From Lama guanicoe (lineage: Eukaryota): DNA of 64,000 bases. Below the pieces are notes generated by a model that did no database searches, was not told where the DNA came from, and was given only the letters and a program-made list of their open reading frames with translations. The stretch's first letter is position 1, and the number at the start of each line of letters is the position of its first letter. Positions 38,883-51,490 of the stretch are shown here, one piece after another. The stretch covers positions 25,174,433 to 25,238,432 of the forward strand of contig MU054187.1 of NCBI GenBank assembly GCA_013239625.1, in the 5' to 3' direction. A program made the translations under genes and the position numbers.

Positions 38883-39050
38883 GAGCAGTGTTTCTGGAAA
38901 ATGTGGTCTTTGAAAACTTTGCATAAGAATCAGTGGAGATTTATCTAAAAATTACAGATTCCTGGCACCATTTAACTGTCAGTGCCTGAATGGGAACCTG
39001 GGAATATGCATTTTTACAAAAACTCCTGGTCTTCCTTGAGAACCACTGGT
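38883..39050. mobile_element. MER5-type hAT MITE
   Basis: cagtgtttctggaaaatgtggtc..acagattcctgg..gggaatatgcatttttacaaa..ttgagaaccactg. Confidence 0.7.
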
Positions 39051-40762
39051 CTCAACCAGAGGTCTCCTAAGTGGGGTACATGGGACAATCTTGTGGGTTC
39101 TGGGAAGGAAATAGAAAAAAAAATCTATTTCTATTTATTTTTATTTCATCTTTTTATAATTTCCTTTTTTTTTTTTTGGTGGATGTTATATAATGTACTA
39201 ATATGGTAGTGCAAGAAGGAGGTGGTAACTGAAGTTGACCTTAAAAGATGGATTCACTGAGCCCAAAAGGAAGAGGAGAAAGTAGGTCAGGCCTGACAGG
39301 AAGGTATTCTCTCCAAGCAGGGAGATCTTTTGTGAGCAAAACCTTAGTGAAGAGAAAAATGACATGTGCTTTGTATTACAAATGGTTTGGTGCTCTTGTA
39401 GGACAGAGGCAGAGAGGATGTGGTAAGAAATAAACATAGGAATATACATGGAGTGGTGAGTTAAAGTGTACATAGATTGAGCAACTGCCACATGTCTGGA
39501 TCAGTGAGAAGACATTATGAAAAGAGCCCCACTTTTATTGTCCAAAGACTTGAGGTCAATTCCTGATTAAATCAAGGATCAGCTGATGCCCAGCAGAAAT
39601 GACTTAATATCTCTAAGCTCCACTTTTCTCATTTTAAAAAATTGATTTAATATCAATGCCTACAGTCTCTCAGAAAGTATAAATACTGATGAACATGACC
39701 CTTAGGTTAGTATCAATTAGCTAAATTGATTTTCATCAATTCCTAAAAGCGTATCTGTATTTAAGCCCGTACTTGTACATATTGCATACTACAATGCTGA
39801 GAAGGCAAAGTTTTTTTTAAGTACTAGATTTTACATACAGTTATCAAAACTGAATATACCTAAAACATAATGTGCTCTGCTTTAATCAAGCTCCTGCAAG
39901 ATTATGTTATTATTCAGAATCCATATTTCCTGTAAACTGACATGAACTGGGAGTCCAGTGATGGCTCATATGCCCTACCCCATCCTTCTAACATATGTCG
40001 ATAATGTAAATTCTTACTGAAAAGAGCTAACTTGGAAACATAAACTCAATGAGATAGGCCAACTGCATCTCATCAACTGGTCAAATTAAAAGTACTCAAA
40101 ATAATGTTCAAGGAATTTTCATAGTCCAGAGGCTACCTCATTGTCTAAGAATTATAAACAGGATAAAACTCCAGAATGTGATTTCAGGTCCCCACTCCAG
40201 CACAAATTCTCCTAACCCCAATCCCTACACTGATTGAAAGTTGTCTCTTAACTTTAATACAATGGCTGAGATTAGAACCTCGTTTATGTTAATGAGCTCT
40301 TTTTTTCAAAATGTGATTTCTTTGGGAGTCTATCAGGTAATCTATTTTAGAGGGCTAACCAATTAGCTACCTATATTTCGATACAGCATGTGGTTAAGAT
40401 ATATCTCACCGAGGGATTATAAGTGTTGATGAAGGACAGAAATTAAATGTAATTAAAGTGCAAGAGGCAATTAGGGAGGGCAGCCCCCGTTGGCACTTTG
40501 AGCAACTAAATACAGTTCTGAAAGTTCTAAGATTTTTGGATATTTTAGAAGAAGAATGAGGACTAGAAGATACAACCTATGTCCATATTAGATATCTTTA
40601 TATACACGCTAATATAATAAAATGCCCTTTTTTGGATAAATCAAACTTGATCGCCCTTTTGGAAAAGTACTGTTAGTTAATCATGCTTTAGTGTGAGTGT
40701 GTGTTACTTCATGCTCTGATTTTCAGTTAGTAGCTACAGCAACAATAACAATAACACCCACT

Positions 40763-40907
40763 GGGGGCCGGGCATGCGGGAGGGGGCGCAGGAAGCGGGT
40801 GAGGCCGGGCGCGGGAGGCGGCGGCCCCAGGAGCTGCCAATCGGCGCCGGGACAAAGCCGCGGCCGCCCGGCGCCCCGAGCAGCCCGAACCTCCTGCCGC
40901 GACTGAC
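40763..40907 (+). promoter_or_regulatory. CpG-island-like 5' segment of the retrocopy with promoter-type motifs
   Basis: About 20 CpGs in ~145 bp. CCAAT at 40837-40841, GGAAG (ETS-like) at 40791-40795, GCATGCG (NRF1-like) at 40772-40778, and GC-rich boxes. Activity not shown. Confidence 0.4.
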
Positions 40908-42395
40908 ATGATGTTTCGACAAAGCAGGCATTCGGGCTCGTTGCACCTTCCCCAGCAACTCAAATTCACCACCTCGGACTCCTGCAACCGCATCAAGGAT
41001 GAGTTTCAGCTGATGCTGGCTCAGTACCATAGTCTGAAACTGTAATGTGACAAGCTGGCCAGCGAGAAGTTGGAGGTGCAGTGTCATTATGTGATGTACT
41101 ACGACATGTCTTATGGCTTGAACATTGAGATGCACAAGCAGGCTGTAATCGTCAAGAGGCTGAATGGGATATGTGTCCAGGTCCTGCCCTACCTTTCCCA
41201 AGAGCACCAGCAGCAGGTCTTGGGAGCCATCGAGAGAGAGCTAAGCAGATGACTGCTCCTGAGCTGAACTCCATCATCTGACAGCAGCTCCGAGCCCACC
41301 AGCTGTCCCAGCTGCAGGCTCTTGGCCCTGCCCCTGCCCCTACTGCCTGTGGGGCTGCAGCCCCCTTCGCTGCCGGCGGTCCGCACGGGCAACGGCCTCC
41401 TCTCGCTGTCGGCGCTGGGCTCCCAGGCCCATCTCTCCAAAGACAAGAACGAGCATGAAGGTGACACCCATCAGGAGGATGACGGCGAAAAGTCCGATTA
41501 GTGGGCTGTGGGGGTGGGGAGGTGGGGGTCGGCAGGGGGAGATAGGCACGGAGAGAGGGACTTTCAGTGCAAGACACAGTATAGCTCGGGGCTGGCCAAA
41601 TGCTGGTAATGTTTACGGTAGCCGCCTGCTGGGGCCCTCGCCCTGCACGTGTGCCGCCCCCTAGCCTCCCTCCTCCTCCCCTGCAGCCGGAATGGGTGCA
41701 TACCTGCTCATACCACAGATGAGGCAAGCTGAGGCCTGGAGGCGCAAGTGGGAGGCTAGGTCAGAAGGGAGCAAAACCTCATGAGGTCCAACCCCGCTAC
41801 CCCACACCTACCCGATTCACACATGTGTAACTGACAGTCTGCCTGCAGGGGACCCTCCCGGCACATCCGGCTTCCCACCCTGGCACTGCATGCAAACACA
41901 ACGCCAGCCGCCCCTTCCTGCCGCCCTGGGTGTCCTGCGTCCGCCTTCCGGCCCATTCACCCTCTGTTGGTCCCCACACCCACCTGGTCCTCTCCCCTCG
42001 CCCACGAAAGAAAGAGGGGCCGGGACAAAACGCGCTTAGCCTTGGGAGCAGGGTGGGGCCGGAGACCCAGAATCCCCTTTATCTCCTTCCCAAATACAGA
42101 TGAGGGTATTCAAGTTGTCTTGGTTTTTATTTTATTTTTCCCCCTTTTTCCAGTATACTAGCTTGTCTTTTAAGAAAAGGGATATTAAAAACAAAAAAAG
42201 AAAAAGAAAAAGAAAAAATGTTAAAAAAAAAAAATAAAAAGCAGCAAAGCACCCCCACCTGTGTCTGTATATAGCCTTTTTGACTGTCAGCTTTTGTTGT
42301 GTTTAGTCGTTTGACCTCTACGGAGAGAAGTAAAAATGCTGTATTGAGGGTGGACATAGCTGTGCCTTTCAAATAAAGACGTGAGAAGGTTAAAA
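40763..42395 (+). pseudogene. TLE5: Processed pseudogene of AES/TLE5 (amino-terminal enhancer of split, Groucho family); remnant CDS 40908-41501
   Basis: Intronless. Translates [82 protein letters not shown]. Stops at 41043-41045 and 41279-41281, +2 frameshift at ~41232-41240, +1 at ~41320. AATAAA at 42372-42377, short A-tail, and degenerate TSD aacaataacaccca (40747-40760) / aatagtaacactca (42396-42409). Confidence 0.96.
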
Positions 42396-42420
42396 AATAG
42401 TAACACTCATTAAGAATTCA

Positions 42421-42645
42421 GGACAACATGGTGTTAAGAGCACAGATATTAGCCAGTCTCCTTGTGTTCAAATTTGTCACTACTAGCCGGGTGATTCTGG
42501 GTAAGATTCTGAACTTCTCTGTGCCTCAGTATCTGACCCTGATGAACCAGGGTAAAAGCAGTAGCTTCTTCACAGAATTGTTTTGAGGATTATCACAGAA
42601 TGGGGTCTGGCATCTCATAGGCACTCAGTAAGTGTCAGCTATTCC
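42421..42645 (+). mobile_element. MIR SINE
   Basis: ggtgttaagagcacag..ctgggtaagattctgaacttctctgtgcctcagt..ttgttttgaggatta..ggcactcagtaagtgtcagctatt. Confidence 0.8.
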
Positions 42646-42699
42646 CGATGAATGTTAATTTGATCCCAGATCTGGTAGTAAAAAATTTGTAAGTATTAA

Positions 42700-42840
42700 T
42701 ACAATCCACATAGTAGGCATTTTACATTTTTATAGATGTGGAAACTGAGGTTCAAAAAACCCTATTGGTCAACACTGCACATATGGAAAGAGATGGAGCC
42801 AAGACTCCAGCCCATGTCTTCTTGATGAAAGGCCAAGCTC
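42700..42840 (-). mobile_element. MIR fragment
   Basis: catttttatagatgtggaaactgaggttca..gatggagccaagactccagcccatg. Confidence 0.6.
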
Positions 42841-43883
42841 CTGAGTAGCTATGGTCACCTGCAACGGGCTGTGAGGTACTGAAAATGTGAAAAATAAATT
42901 GTGAGGCCCCTTGTATTTTAAATAAGAATTAAAATGACTCTGCTACTGGGTCAATTACAGTCTTCCCAGAGCCTTGTGATGGGGTTCACAGAGTAATGTG
43001 AGGCACCTTTTGTCAATCTATTCTGGAAAAAAAAATGACGCCTTGATCTATGCTCGTTGACCCACTCCAAAATTCCCTGAAAAATAAAAATAAATTTCTC
43101 CTCTGTACATAAAAATTTTATAACATAACCACTATATCTACTTGGCTATACAGCATATAAAGGTATCTAGATAAAGAGAATTAGTGCAGCAGAATTTCTC
43201 CCCAAGCATGGAAACACATGATTTTCCTCCCAATATTTTAATATATCAAAAGATAGAATCCAGACAGGTAAAACCTAGCTAGTTTCTTCCCTGCAGTTTT
43301 CAAGTTTTAAGGCAAACACTTGTCTCAAGAGCAAGCTAGAGAAAATTCAACATTATCCATTCCATAGGAACTGGTTTTGGAAAGAGTTGGCCAATATCAG
43401 ATGGTGCATACTAATTGGTACTTTGTACAACCAAGAAGTGGATAGGCTGCTTCCTGTCAATAGAGACCAGCTCTGCAAAAAAAGAACTGATTATTATGAA
43501 TAATAATACACCGTATGCAATATCTACTTTAGAGCTATGACCTGGTTCTTCACCTGGAAGTTATCACTATAGGCAAAGCACTGGAAAATGAGAAATGGAT
43601 ACTTCATTGTGGGTCTACTCAGTTTACTTTGCACCTCCTTCTCTGGGAATTATCCCCTAATCACCAGGGTTACCAGCTCAGCAGGTACATTGGCACTCTG
43701 TGACTGCATCTCCTTATAAATGATGGTTTGGTCAAAGGGTGAACACCTAATAAAACGGGATCAGTCAGATCCGCACTCGTAGGAGTTGACCTACGTGTGT
43801 GACTGGATCTTGGACATGCAAACACAGGAGTTTGAAACGTGAAACAAAGAAGACCGGCCTTCAGGGAGGCAGGAGATGGAAAC

Positions 43884-43959
43884 AGTGATGGGGAGTCAGA
43901 GATGATGTACAGAGATGATGAAGTGATGGAGAGTCAGAGATGATGTACAGAGATGATGA
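43884..43959. repeat. 38-bp tandem duplication
   Basis: agtgatgg(g/a)gagtcagagatgatgtacagagatgatga twice, with one mismatch. Confidence 0.9.
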
Positions 43960-45599
43960 GCAAGCGACCTCTTGGGAAACTTGTCCCAGATTGCATCCCC
44001 AACCACGGACCCAACAGGTGCATCACAAGATTCATTTGTCCACTGGTTGGCCTGTAACATGAAAAGGAAGTTTAAAAGCCAATCATTAAATGTGTTGATT
44101 AATAAATGGTCTTTTTTGCACTTGTAGACGTGACCCACTATTAAAAACAAAATTGTTGAGGATGAGCTGTGTAGTATCTACATGAGCTTTGGAAATGAAT
44201 CTCATTTTCTATGCACAGGAAAGAATTTATTGAATGAATCTAAGCTTATAAAACGTAGTCCAATTACCACCGTTTGGTATTGTTTAGCCATCTAACAGAT
44301 TTTCATCAGTATCCTTTCATACATCTTCAAGAATATACAATAACAGATGGAAATAACAGTTTCTACAGTGCACTAATTAGGGAGAAACTTTCCATTTGAA
44401 TTCATCACCTAGGAAGCTTTTTTAAGATTAATTATTGATGAATGGCCCATTAGGTGCTCATAAAGCTAGTGACAAGATTTGTCTGAAATACCTTTAGAAG
44501 TGAGTTATTTACAGTAGCTCTAAAATACGGATTTTATTACAGATAGGATTTCAGAGTAGGGTGTTTTCTTTGAGGGAAGTTTTTTTAAAATTGTACCCAG
44601 AAATCTTCATTAGTAGCAATTTTAGTGATACAATTTGATCCTCATAAACTTGTTTTTAAAAATTATATAGCAGTTGCTAGACTCGTAAGTGCAGAAAGAT
44701 GGAGAATAGAGTCAAATCACTTGGGGGGAGACTAAGAGAAGAGGATAAAGATTGAGGTAAATTAATTAGGGAATATCCTTCCATGTTTAATTTTATTTTG
44801 AATATTTGTGTAGTGATAGCTCAAGACTAATTGCTATTTTTATGTATTTGGAATTGTAAAGTCAGGCGGCATTATCACAGTTAAAAATATTCTGCAACAA
44901 TTAGAAATATTTTCTTTCAAAATTCTAGTACCTCCTTTTTTTTCTTCTTTTTAGTTTACCCAATTTTGTTTCACTCGTGGGTTTAGAGGCTAGAGGACAG
45001 TGCATATGAGCATATTTATAGAAAAATATGCTCAATTCTACTTCAGATTATAACACACTAGAGAAAATAATTGGGTCCCCAGAAAGACTAAACAAAACAA
45101 ACACCAGGGATGGAATGAACTTACCATCCAACTGAAATGAGTTACAAGATACACCCAGTCTCCCAAGTTGGGAACTTTGGATGACTTCAAAGTAACTGAA
45201 ACTAATAATGTCTCTCTGAAATTTATGAAAGATTTAGATATTTTGTACCTTGATGTGGTTTTTCAAAAGAGTAGTTGGTAGTGAATAAATTTAGGGAATC
45301 TGAATAATGTCAAAAAGAATGAATCTTCAAGTGGTAGAAATAATCCAGTAACAAACCACTTGAAAAATGTTCAGTGAACTCAAAAGTAATCTCGTATATG
45401 TATTGTATTTATATCAGTTATTTCAGATGTTTACCTTAGAAGATCTGAAGATCTGTTTTAAAAAATGGCAAATTAGCTTGCTACTATAGCATTTCCTTTT
45501 TCTTCTCTTTCTCAATATTTACTGGAGCTACTGATAAGAAGTATAACCTTTGAGGAAAACTTGAAACAAAAATAACATATTGTTTTAAGCATATTCCCT

Positions 45600-45990
45600 T
45601 GGATGAGGTATGATGAGGCCAGATGCTGATCAAGACAGAGAAACTGGAAAATGTTTTGCAGCTTTGTTATACTCACAGTTCTCTGGAGAAGAACACAGCA
45701 TGCCACCCAGAGCCATTTAGGGGGTTGGTCAAGAGGCAGAAGGACAGAGAGGAACTGTGTGCAAGAGACTTTATTGTGGTTTTTGTGGGAAGGAATGAGC
45801 AAGACAGGGTAAGCAGGCTAGTTTGGATCGTTTCAGTGGACTCTGGGGCACAGAGGATGTCTCTGGTTGTCTGGCCCTTGGATGATTAGGTGCATTGTTA
45901 CAGGCATAATTTGGCAGGTGTATAGGGATGCAGAATATGAAGACCAGTATGGGAGATGGTTGAGGATGTAGCCTTAATCAACTGTTCACA
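45600..45990 (-). mobile_element. ERVL-type solo LTR (MER76-like)
   Basis: ctttattgtggtttttgtgggaaggaatgagcaagacagggtaagcaggctagttt..tttcagtggactctggggc. Confidence 0.6.
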
Positions 45991-46338
45991 AAGTAAAACT
46001 GACTGTCCAGCATTTATAAAAGCTAAATTTTACCTATATAATAGCAAATATAGGAGTAAATTTAAAAGCCTTAGGCAGATACAATAATGGGAAATCTCCT
46101 ATGAATGAGTATGGGGTCTTTACTCTACCAGTGGAGGAGTAAATGCAGGTAGATCTTGATCTACAATTTATCTTGTGACCAAATTGAGGGTGTGATGATG
46201 TTCACTCTAAACCCTGCTGTGAATTGGTAGATACCCAAGGTAGACAGAGAATGTCAGCTAGAATGATCAGAAATGTAATTCTATACCAAAAAACACACCT
46301 AGTGAGTCATTTTGAAATCAATTTTTAATTAAAATCTG

Positions 46339-47080
46339 TGTGGGGAAAAGGGGGCCCTTCTACACTGTTAGTCGGAATGTATTTTGGTGCAGCCATTATG
46401 GAAAACAGGATGGAAGTCCTCAAAAGGCTAAAAATAGACTTACCATATGAACCAGCAATCCCACTCCTGGGCATATATCCGAGGAAACTCTAATTCCAAA
46501 AGATACATGTACCCTAATATTCATAGTAGCATTATTTACAATAGCCAAGACATTGAAATAATCTAAATGTTCATCAACAAACAACTGGATAAAGAAGTTG
46601 TGGTGTATTTATACAATGGAATACTACTCAGCCACAAAAAAGAATAAAATAATGTTATTTGCTGCAACATGGATGGATCTGGAGATTGCCATTCTAAGTG
46701 AAGTAAGCCAGAAAGTGAAAGAAAAATCCCATATGATATCACTCATATGTGAAATCTAAGAGAGAGAGAGAGAAAGAGAGAGAAATGAACTTATTTACAA
46801 AACAGAAATAGACTCACAGACATAGAAAACAAACTTATGAATACCAGTGGGTAAACAGGATGGGAAGGGATAAATTGGGAATTCAAGATTTGAAGACAGT
46901 AACTACTATACATAAAATAGATAAACAACAAGTTTCTATTGTATAGCACAGGGAACTATATTCAATATCTTGTAGTAATCTATAATAAGAAAGAATATGA
47001 AGAGGACTATATGTATGTACATGTATGACTGAAACATTATGCTGTTGGCAGAAATTGATACAACATTATAAACTGACTAT
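46339..47080 (+). mobile_element. 5'-truncated L1 3' end
   Basis: ORF2 C-terminal and 3'UTR sequence closely similar to 35600-36390. Confidence 0.9.
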
Positions 47081-47391
47081 ATTAAATTCAGAAAAGCTAA
47101 TCTGAGCAAAATATACCAATCTAGAAAAAAAAATCTAACCACTGAGCAATTGCAGGGAAAGAAAGCAAAAATTCCACTACAATGGATATTTAGAAATTCA
47201 GTATGTGAGAACAAGCCTTGTAGCATAGATTGGCATGGGAAATGGTCATTGTGGCTGAAGGAGGAAAATGAATCAATGAAAAAATATGGCAGGAGAAGAA
47301 AGCCCAAAACCCAATGCAAACACAATCCCATAGCCTCACCAGCTGAGGGGTTTACCACTCTCTTAGGAAGGAGGACAAGAACTTTATGAAA

Positions 47392-49868
47392 GGATATAAG
47401 AGGGGAGTGGCCAAGATGATAAAGTAGAAAGGCCCTGAGCTCACCTCCTCCCACTGGCATACCAAAATTACAATTACTTATGTGCCAGTTATCAATGAGG
47501 ATGACCAGAAAACTAGCAGAAAAGATCTACAACTAAATATATAAAGAAAGAACCATATTGAAATGGGTAGGAGGGATGGAGGCTAGGTATATTCAAGACC
47601 CATATGCCTGGGTGAATAACCCACAAACAGGAGGATAATTATAAATGCAGAGGTTCTCCCCAAGGAGCAAGCAATCCAAGACCCACATCAGGCTCCCTAT
47701 CCCAGGGATCTTGTACCAGGAAGACTAGATCCCAGAACATTTGGCTTTGAAGGCCAGTGAGGCTTACTTTCAGGAGAGTCAGAGGGCTGTAGGAAATGGA
47801 CTCCACTCTTAAAGGGCACACACAAAATCTCACATGCTCTGAGACCTAGGACAGGAGCAGCAATTTGAAAGGAGCCGGGGTCAGATCTGCTTGCTGGTCT
47901 TAAAGAGTTTCCAGGAGAGGCCAGGACTCACCCTAGGGACACTGATGCTGGTACTGGTGAGCTCCATTCTGGAATCTTCCTTCTAGCTTATTAGCACAGA
48001 GACCTGGCCCACTCTCCATCTAGTCAGCACTAGTCTTTGACACCCCAAGCCAAGCAGCTAACTGTGCAGCGACACAGCCTTACCCAGGATCAGATGAGCT
48101 GCCTTAGGACACCTGAGCCCCACATCATGACATGGTCCCATCTGCCTGAGGGCCCCAAGACCTGGCCTCACCCACCATTGAGCCAGCACTAGACCTAGGA
48201 CCTGCCCTGGGTCCCACAGCCAGTATTCAGGACACAGCCCTGACCACCAGCAGGCTGACACAAGTTCCAAGAACCTTAGGCTCGGCAGCCAAAGACCTCA
48301 GGGCCTGGCTAACTCACACTTACATGGGGCAATTAACCTCTGATAAATTAGGCAAGAATATACAATGAGGAAAAGACAGACTCTTCAATAAGTGATGTTG
48401 GGAAGACTGGACAGCTACATGGAAAATGGACTACTTTCTCACATACCACATACAAAAATAAACTAAAAATGGATTAATTACTTGAATGTAAACCCTGAAA
48501 CCATAAAGCTGCTAGAAGAAAACATAAGCAGTATACTCTTGACATCATTCAAAAAGCAAACAACAAAAACCAAAAAACAACAAAAAGCAAACAACCCAAT
48601 AAAAAATGGGCAGAAGACCTGTATAGACATTTTTCCAAGAAGGCATACAGGTGGCCAACAGGCACATGGAAACATGCTCAATGTTATTAATCAGGGAAAT
48701 GCAAATCAAAACCACATGAGGATATCAACTCACAACTGCGAGAATGGTTACTATAAAAAAGACAACAAATAACAAATGTTGGCAAGAATATGGAGAAAAG
48801 AGAATGTTCATGAACTCCATGCAATGGGAATGCAAGTTGGTGCAGCCACTATGGAAAACAGTAGAGAGCCCTCAAAAAATTAAAAATAGAACTATCATAT
48901 GATCCAGCTCCTGGGCATTTATCCAAAGAAAACCAAAACACTATCAAAAAGATATACACACCCCTATGTTCATTGCAGCATTATTTCACTAGCCAGGATA
49001 TGGAAGCAACCTAAGCGCCAATCAATAGATAAATGAATAAAGAGGATGTGGTATATATCTACAATGGGATATTATTTAGTCATAAAATGGATGAAATCTT
49101 GCCATTTGTTAACAACACGGATAGATCTAAAAGGTATTATGCTAAGTGAAATAAGTCAGATAAAGATTTCATATATGTGGAATCTAAAAAACAAAACAAA
49201 TAAACAAACATAATAAAATAGAAAAAGAGTCCTAGTTGCAGAAAAGAAACAGGTGATAGCCAGAGGGGAGAGGGTGAAGGAGAGAAATAGATGGGAGAGA
49301 TTAAAAGGTATAATCTTCCAGTTACAAAAGAAATGAGTCATGGGTATGAGATGTATAGTGTGGGAAATATAGACAATAATTATGTCACATTTTTGTATGG
49401 TGACAGAGGGTAACTAGATTATTTGAAATGTATAGAAATATTAAATCACTATATTGTGTACCAGGAACTAATACAGTGTTGTGGGTCACTTATATTTCAA
49501 AACTCAACAAACTCATAGAAAAAGAGATTGCATTTATGGTTACCAGAGGTGGGGGGGAGGAGGAAGAAATTGGATAAAGGTAGTCAAAAGATAAAACTCC
49601 CATATATTACAAGATACGTAAGTGTTAGGGATATAATGTACAACATGATAAATACAATTTAGCTGGATGTTATATATAAATGTTGTCAGAGGCTAAACCC
49701 TGAGAGTTCTCATCATAAAGAAAAAACATTAATTCTTTAATTTTGTATCTATATCAGATGATGAAAGTTTACTAAACTTACTGTGGTAATCATTTCATGA
49801 TGTGTATAAATCAAATCATTATGCCATACATCATAAGTTTGTACAATGGTGCAGATCAATTATATCTC
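47392..49868 (+). mobile_element. Internally deleted L1: 5'UTR joined to ORF2 C-terminus and 3'UTR
   Basis: 5' start ggccaagatgataaagtag (47409) and a 5'UTR similar to the reverse complement of 5200-5640. Abrupt switch at ~48315 to late ORF2 (aagaatatacaatgaggaaaagacagactcttcaataag). Candidate TSD agaactttatgaaa (47378-47391) / agaattttattaaa (49869-49882). Confidence 0.8.
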
Positions 49869-50843
49869 AGAATTTTATTAAATTTATTTGTAACTCCTTA
49901 GACATTCAATTATTGTTCCCTGCATATAATTCTCATTTCAGAGCGTGGCTTGATTATTCTTGCTTTCTTATTTTGTCATTACAATGAATTATTTTGTTGC
50001 TGAAATGCCCAGAATTGTCAGAGCAAATGAATTCAACCCTTTATACAAAGGAAACTGCCTTTACCTCTCAGGACATTCTGCCTGTTTCCCATGAATCACT
50101 CAAACATCAAATGCTCAGTTGTTAAGAATGTTTGTGGCACCAGTAGCTGCAGAAAATAACTTGCATGAAAGTTTAAAAATGAGGGAACTAAATGAAGCCT
50201 AATAGGGTTAATTCAATTGTTTAAGTTCAACGCAAAGCTAGATTTCAAGTCTCCTGATTTTTGGTCCAGTATTTTTCCAACTAATCCACAATCCTGTGAA
50301 CCCAGCAAAGGAAGGATTTGAAGGCTTGGAGAATGTGAGGGATCTCTCCAGCATTATGACTAACTGACGACAAAGAAAATATGAAAAACCCAGCTTTTTT
50401 ACTTTCAAGTCCATAAATGTTGCTTCTAATAAATAAAGGTCAATATTGACAGTATTGATATTAAAACAAATAATAAATGTAGAAGGTAAAACTGACAAAG
50501 GAATGATCAATAGGGGGGTTAGAAAAAGAAGCAGTAATGACTTTACCATAATTGACTAGCTCAAAGAGTAAATACAGAAGATGAATAAAATAAAATCAAT
50601 CTCATTAAAAACTATGGGCACTGAACTGCGATAACCTTTAATGTATCATAAACTTACCTTTAATCCAATTTCCCATTATCAGTATGTCCGTGAACTTGTT
50701 TGGTTGGCAGAAATATTAATGCTAGAGATGACTAAAATCAATATACAAGGTTGTGCTTAAGTGTCTGAGAAAATCTTTAGAGATGTGGTAGACTACCATA
50801 CGGCTTTATAGTTGTTGCACAAATTAATTTGAAAAATTATTTA

Positions 50844-50990
50844 GGGGGGAGTGTACAGCTCAGGTGGTAGAGCGCATGCTTAGCATGCACAAGGTCCTGG
50901 GTTCAATCCCCAGTACCTCCTCTAAAAATAAATAAATAAGCCTAATTGCCCCCCCTAAAAGTAAAAAAAAAAATTAAATTAAAAAATAAT
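50844..50990 (+). mobile_element. vic-1-type tRNA-Ala-derived SINE (camelid)
   Basis: ggggggagtgtacagctcaggtggtagagcgcatgcttagcatgcacaaggtcctgggttcaatccccagtacctcc with A and B boxes, then the aaataaataaataagcctaattgccccccc tail and an A-rich end. Confidence 0.85.
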
Positions 50991-51294
50991 TTATTTACAC
51001 TCCTCTCTCTTACCTGCAAGGCATTCAAATATTGAAATAATATAATTGCTACCTCCAGTTTGTTTCTTTTCCTTTTGATTTACATTGTTCCCCTCCTCCC
51101 AGTAAAAAGCAATTATGAGTTTGAATAATAAATTTTAGTGGTCCTAGGCATAGCTTTTTAGAACTTTGTCAGGCAACTTCCTTCTGTCTCCAAATGCCTC
51201 AGCTCATTCCCTGGTAGTTTTGGCGTGCTGGAGGAAAGGGTGTTTATGCTTTAGAAGGGTAAGACAAATAAAATACAGAGAAAGAGAACAAATA

Positions 51295-51490
51295 ATTATT
51301 GCATTTATGTCAGGCAGTGTACACGGTGCTTACATACATTTTCTCATTTAAAGTTCAGAAAATTCCTGCAAGATAGGTGCTATAATCTCTTCTTCACAGA
51401 TGAAAGAAAAAGAACTGAGAAGTTAAGTCACATAGTCACAAGGTCATATAGTTGGTAATGACTTGGGGATCCAGAATTAAAATTTGTATT
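51295..51490 (-). mobile_element. MIR SINE
   Basis: tatgtcaggcagtgt..gtgcttacatacattttctcatttaa..ttcacagatgaa..aaggtcatatagttggtaa. Confidence 0.65.

Noticed and set aside
40734..41727. Long antisense ORFs (157 aa at 40734-41207, 191 aa at 41152-41727)
   Set aside because: Shadows of the GC-rich AES pseudogene with no recognisable protein features. Long stop-free antisense frames are expected in such sequence.
42187..42240. Internal A-rich run as the retrocopy's poly(A) tail
   Set aside because: UTR-like sequence continues to a canonical AATAAA (42372), an A-tail and the TSD at ~42396, so the run is internal to the 3'UTR.
50658..50721. 64-nt minus-strand exon-like interval with ctctag acceptor and aag|gtaagt donor
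   Set aside because: Stops in all three frames and no independent support. Such site pairs are expected by chance.
50844..50918. Genuine tRNA-Ala gene
   Set aside because: Imperfect acceptor stem, no T-run terminator, and a SINE-specific tail with an A-rich end. It is a SINE.
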